64,000 nucleotides of DNA, taken from Pavona decussata. Its lineage: Eukaryota. Positions 62,201 through 64,000 of the stretch are shown one piece after another. The stretch is from the NCBI GenBank assembly GCA_977016875.1, contig CDRNST010000045.1:930001-994000 (forward strand). Direction: 5' to 3'. Each line of letters starts with the position of its first letter. Position 1 is the stretch's first letter. The position numbers were made by a program, and so were the translations under genes. The notes beneath the pieces were generated by a model. It was not told the origin of the DNA. It saw nothing but the letters and a program-made list of their open reading frames with translations, and made no database searches.

Positions 62201-63630
62201 CTCTCTCAACAGCCTCAAAAGGCACTTTCCTCTTCTTCCAATCCCTTGAGTTACTGGCCTTACGATGGTCTCTTCCTGATATTGGACCTGCTGCCTCCCT
62301 TGCATTATCATCTCCGAGGGCAAGGGATCCAGTGGCGTGGAGTTTCCCATGGAAACTTGAAAGAACTCTACATTGTCAAAATTCGTATCATCATTCTGCT
62401 CACTGCTCAATAGGTCCAAAACGGGTAGCTGTATCGTTGAAGGTGGAACTGTTTTGGTACCTGTTGACTTCATCAGGTTGGATGGGATATTAAGTGGGGA
62501 GGTTTGTTTTTGTGTTTCCCTCTCTTCTCCTTCGTATTTTTCACTCTTTCTTCCACTTTCACTTTCTCTGAATGGTGCGTCTTGGGTGTCATGTGTTTCT
62601 GCCTTATGACTCTCTCTAGTGGCTTTGGGCTTGCAATCCTGTGATACCAACTTCTCTGTTCTTTGGGTTGTCTTGGCTGCTTCAATCGGAATAGCTCTCT
62701 GGGATAATGTTGGGGTGTACGTATTCCGCCCAGATGATCGATTACGCAGCAAGCCAGAGAGGAGGAAAGGCATTGCACAAATGATTTTCTTAGACTCTTT
62801 CCATTCTTGTTTCTTTATATTTTACTTTTTGATGGGTAGAGAAAAGGTATATGTAAAACAGATATATTTTCAAATTGCAATGTGTTTTAAGAAAGGGTTT
62901 ATATTGATGCGTGAATAGACACACATTTGTACTTGTTTACGGAAGTACATCACTTTGTTTAGGTATCAGCTTCTTTATTGTCTCTCATGGGTACGTACAC
63001 TGAGATAAAGAAACGTTACTTACCTTTCATGTAGTACTACAGAATACTACTGATAATTGTCACTCATTTTCGATCCAAGGCAGCACTGAAAATGTAACTC
63101 ATTTTCGGTCTTGAAATGGTAAAAAAAAAACAACAACAAGCAAAGTGGTGAAGGTCTATTGTCTTTTTCCCCTCCCCAATGTGGAGGCGAGCCTCACCCG
63201 ATTGTTTCAATCAGTTGTCTCTTTCCTGTTACGTCTTTAACCCAACGACCAAACGAATCGTCCGTTTGCCATGCCATCTTGTAGTCTTTGGGAATTACGA
63301 ACCGCCTAAGTTGTGGATTTCTTTATTTATTTGTTTATTTATTTATTTATTGATTCACCACGACATACAAACATTGAAAGTTACAGTGAACAATAGACTA
63401 GGGTCGTACATGAGTTTAGAGTAAATAATTATAGTAAAAGGAGAAGAAAGAAGTTGCGAGGAGACCTGAAGAAACCCCTGGGCTTATACTGAGAGGTCTC
63501 CTCGGAGATATGTTAGGACTGTAAGACTAGTAAAGACATTGTATTTAGATTTTTTTAACTGTTTTGGTACCTGTTGACTTCATCAGGTTGGATGGGATAT
63601 TAAGTGGGGAGGTTTGTATTTGTGTTTCCC
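59228..63630 (-). repeat. mosaic tandem amplification (~1.77 kb period in part) of an ORF-bearing module
   Basis: 61232-61790 recurs at 63005-63558, and 59368-60045 recurs at 62655-63320. Coding block PPSTIQLPVLDL..QEETIxRPVTQ..KCLVHLLREVGDL is found at ~60300-60600, 60830-61050 and 62230-62500. Confidence 0.88.
61551..61930 (-). mobile_element. 5'-truncated LINE 3' end, partially duplicated at ~63321-63558
   Basis: Minus strand reads IQIWNAFPLSIPSYPSLSTFKRKLLNFIS* then a UTR and an (AAAT)n-like tail. TGGATT flanks both sides; the empty site is visible in the sister copy near 60040. Confidence 0.7.
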
Positions 63631-64000
63631 GAATGGGTAGGTCGGTATGTAGACTAAGAGCGGTCGTTATTCGCCTTTAAAGATAGTGGGCGTGCGACAC
63701 TATTTTTGAGCTATTTTGAAACAAAAAATGTTGGAATTTTTCCAACCTAGTTTTTTTTGATTAATTGATTGATTGTTTATTTACCCATATTTGAAATCAT
63801 TTACAATGTGAAATGTGACAAAATAAGATAACTATTTGGGAGGGAAACTGAAGAAACCCTTGCGGGCTTTTACAAGGCAGTTCCCCTATTACAATACATA
63901 ACTTTAAAATTAATTTATAGGTATCGGTACATTACTTGTTAATGGTATTGTACGATATACGTTAACTATATATGTAGCCAAGGCTTAATCTAATCATTAT

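Overview
Eukaryotic, AT-rich, intron-containing animal genomic DNA. The repeat families resemble those of anthozoan cnidarians/stony corals; this is an inference. The left two-thirds hold three complete spliced genes that I reconstructed exon by exon with consistent GT-AG phases: STK40 pseudokinase (minus, 6 coding exons, 454 aa), a SPATS1-like gene head-to-head with it (plus, 7 coding exons, 271 aa) and HDAC8 (minus, 11 coding exons, 383 aa). Their introns contain a 4-copy ~1.05-1.55 kb tandem repeat (STK40 intron 1), a 5.8 kb EnSpm/CMC-type element holding a MULE that holds a Penelope RT fragment (SPATS1 intron 3), and many MITEs and SINEs. From ~41.5 kb onward the window is mostly decayed transposons: a piggyBac MITE, a decayed piggyBac beside or around an intact DIRS/Ngaro-type gag ORF, and Tc1/mariner-like, Sola-like and LINE fragments. 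It ends with a decayed, highly divergent USP4/11/15-like deubiquitinase relic, whose putative N-terminal module has been tandemly amplified. I found no CRISPR array, rRNA or bona fide tRNA gene. All family assignments come from recalled motifs, not database searches.
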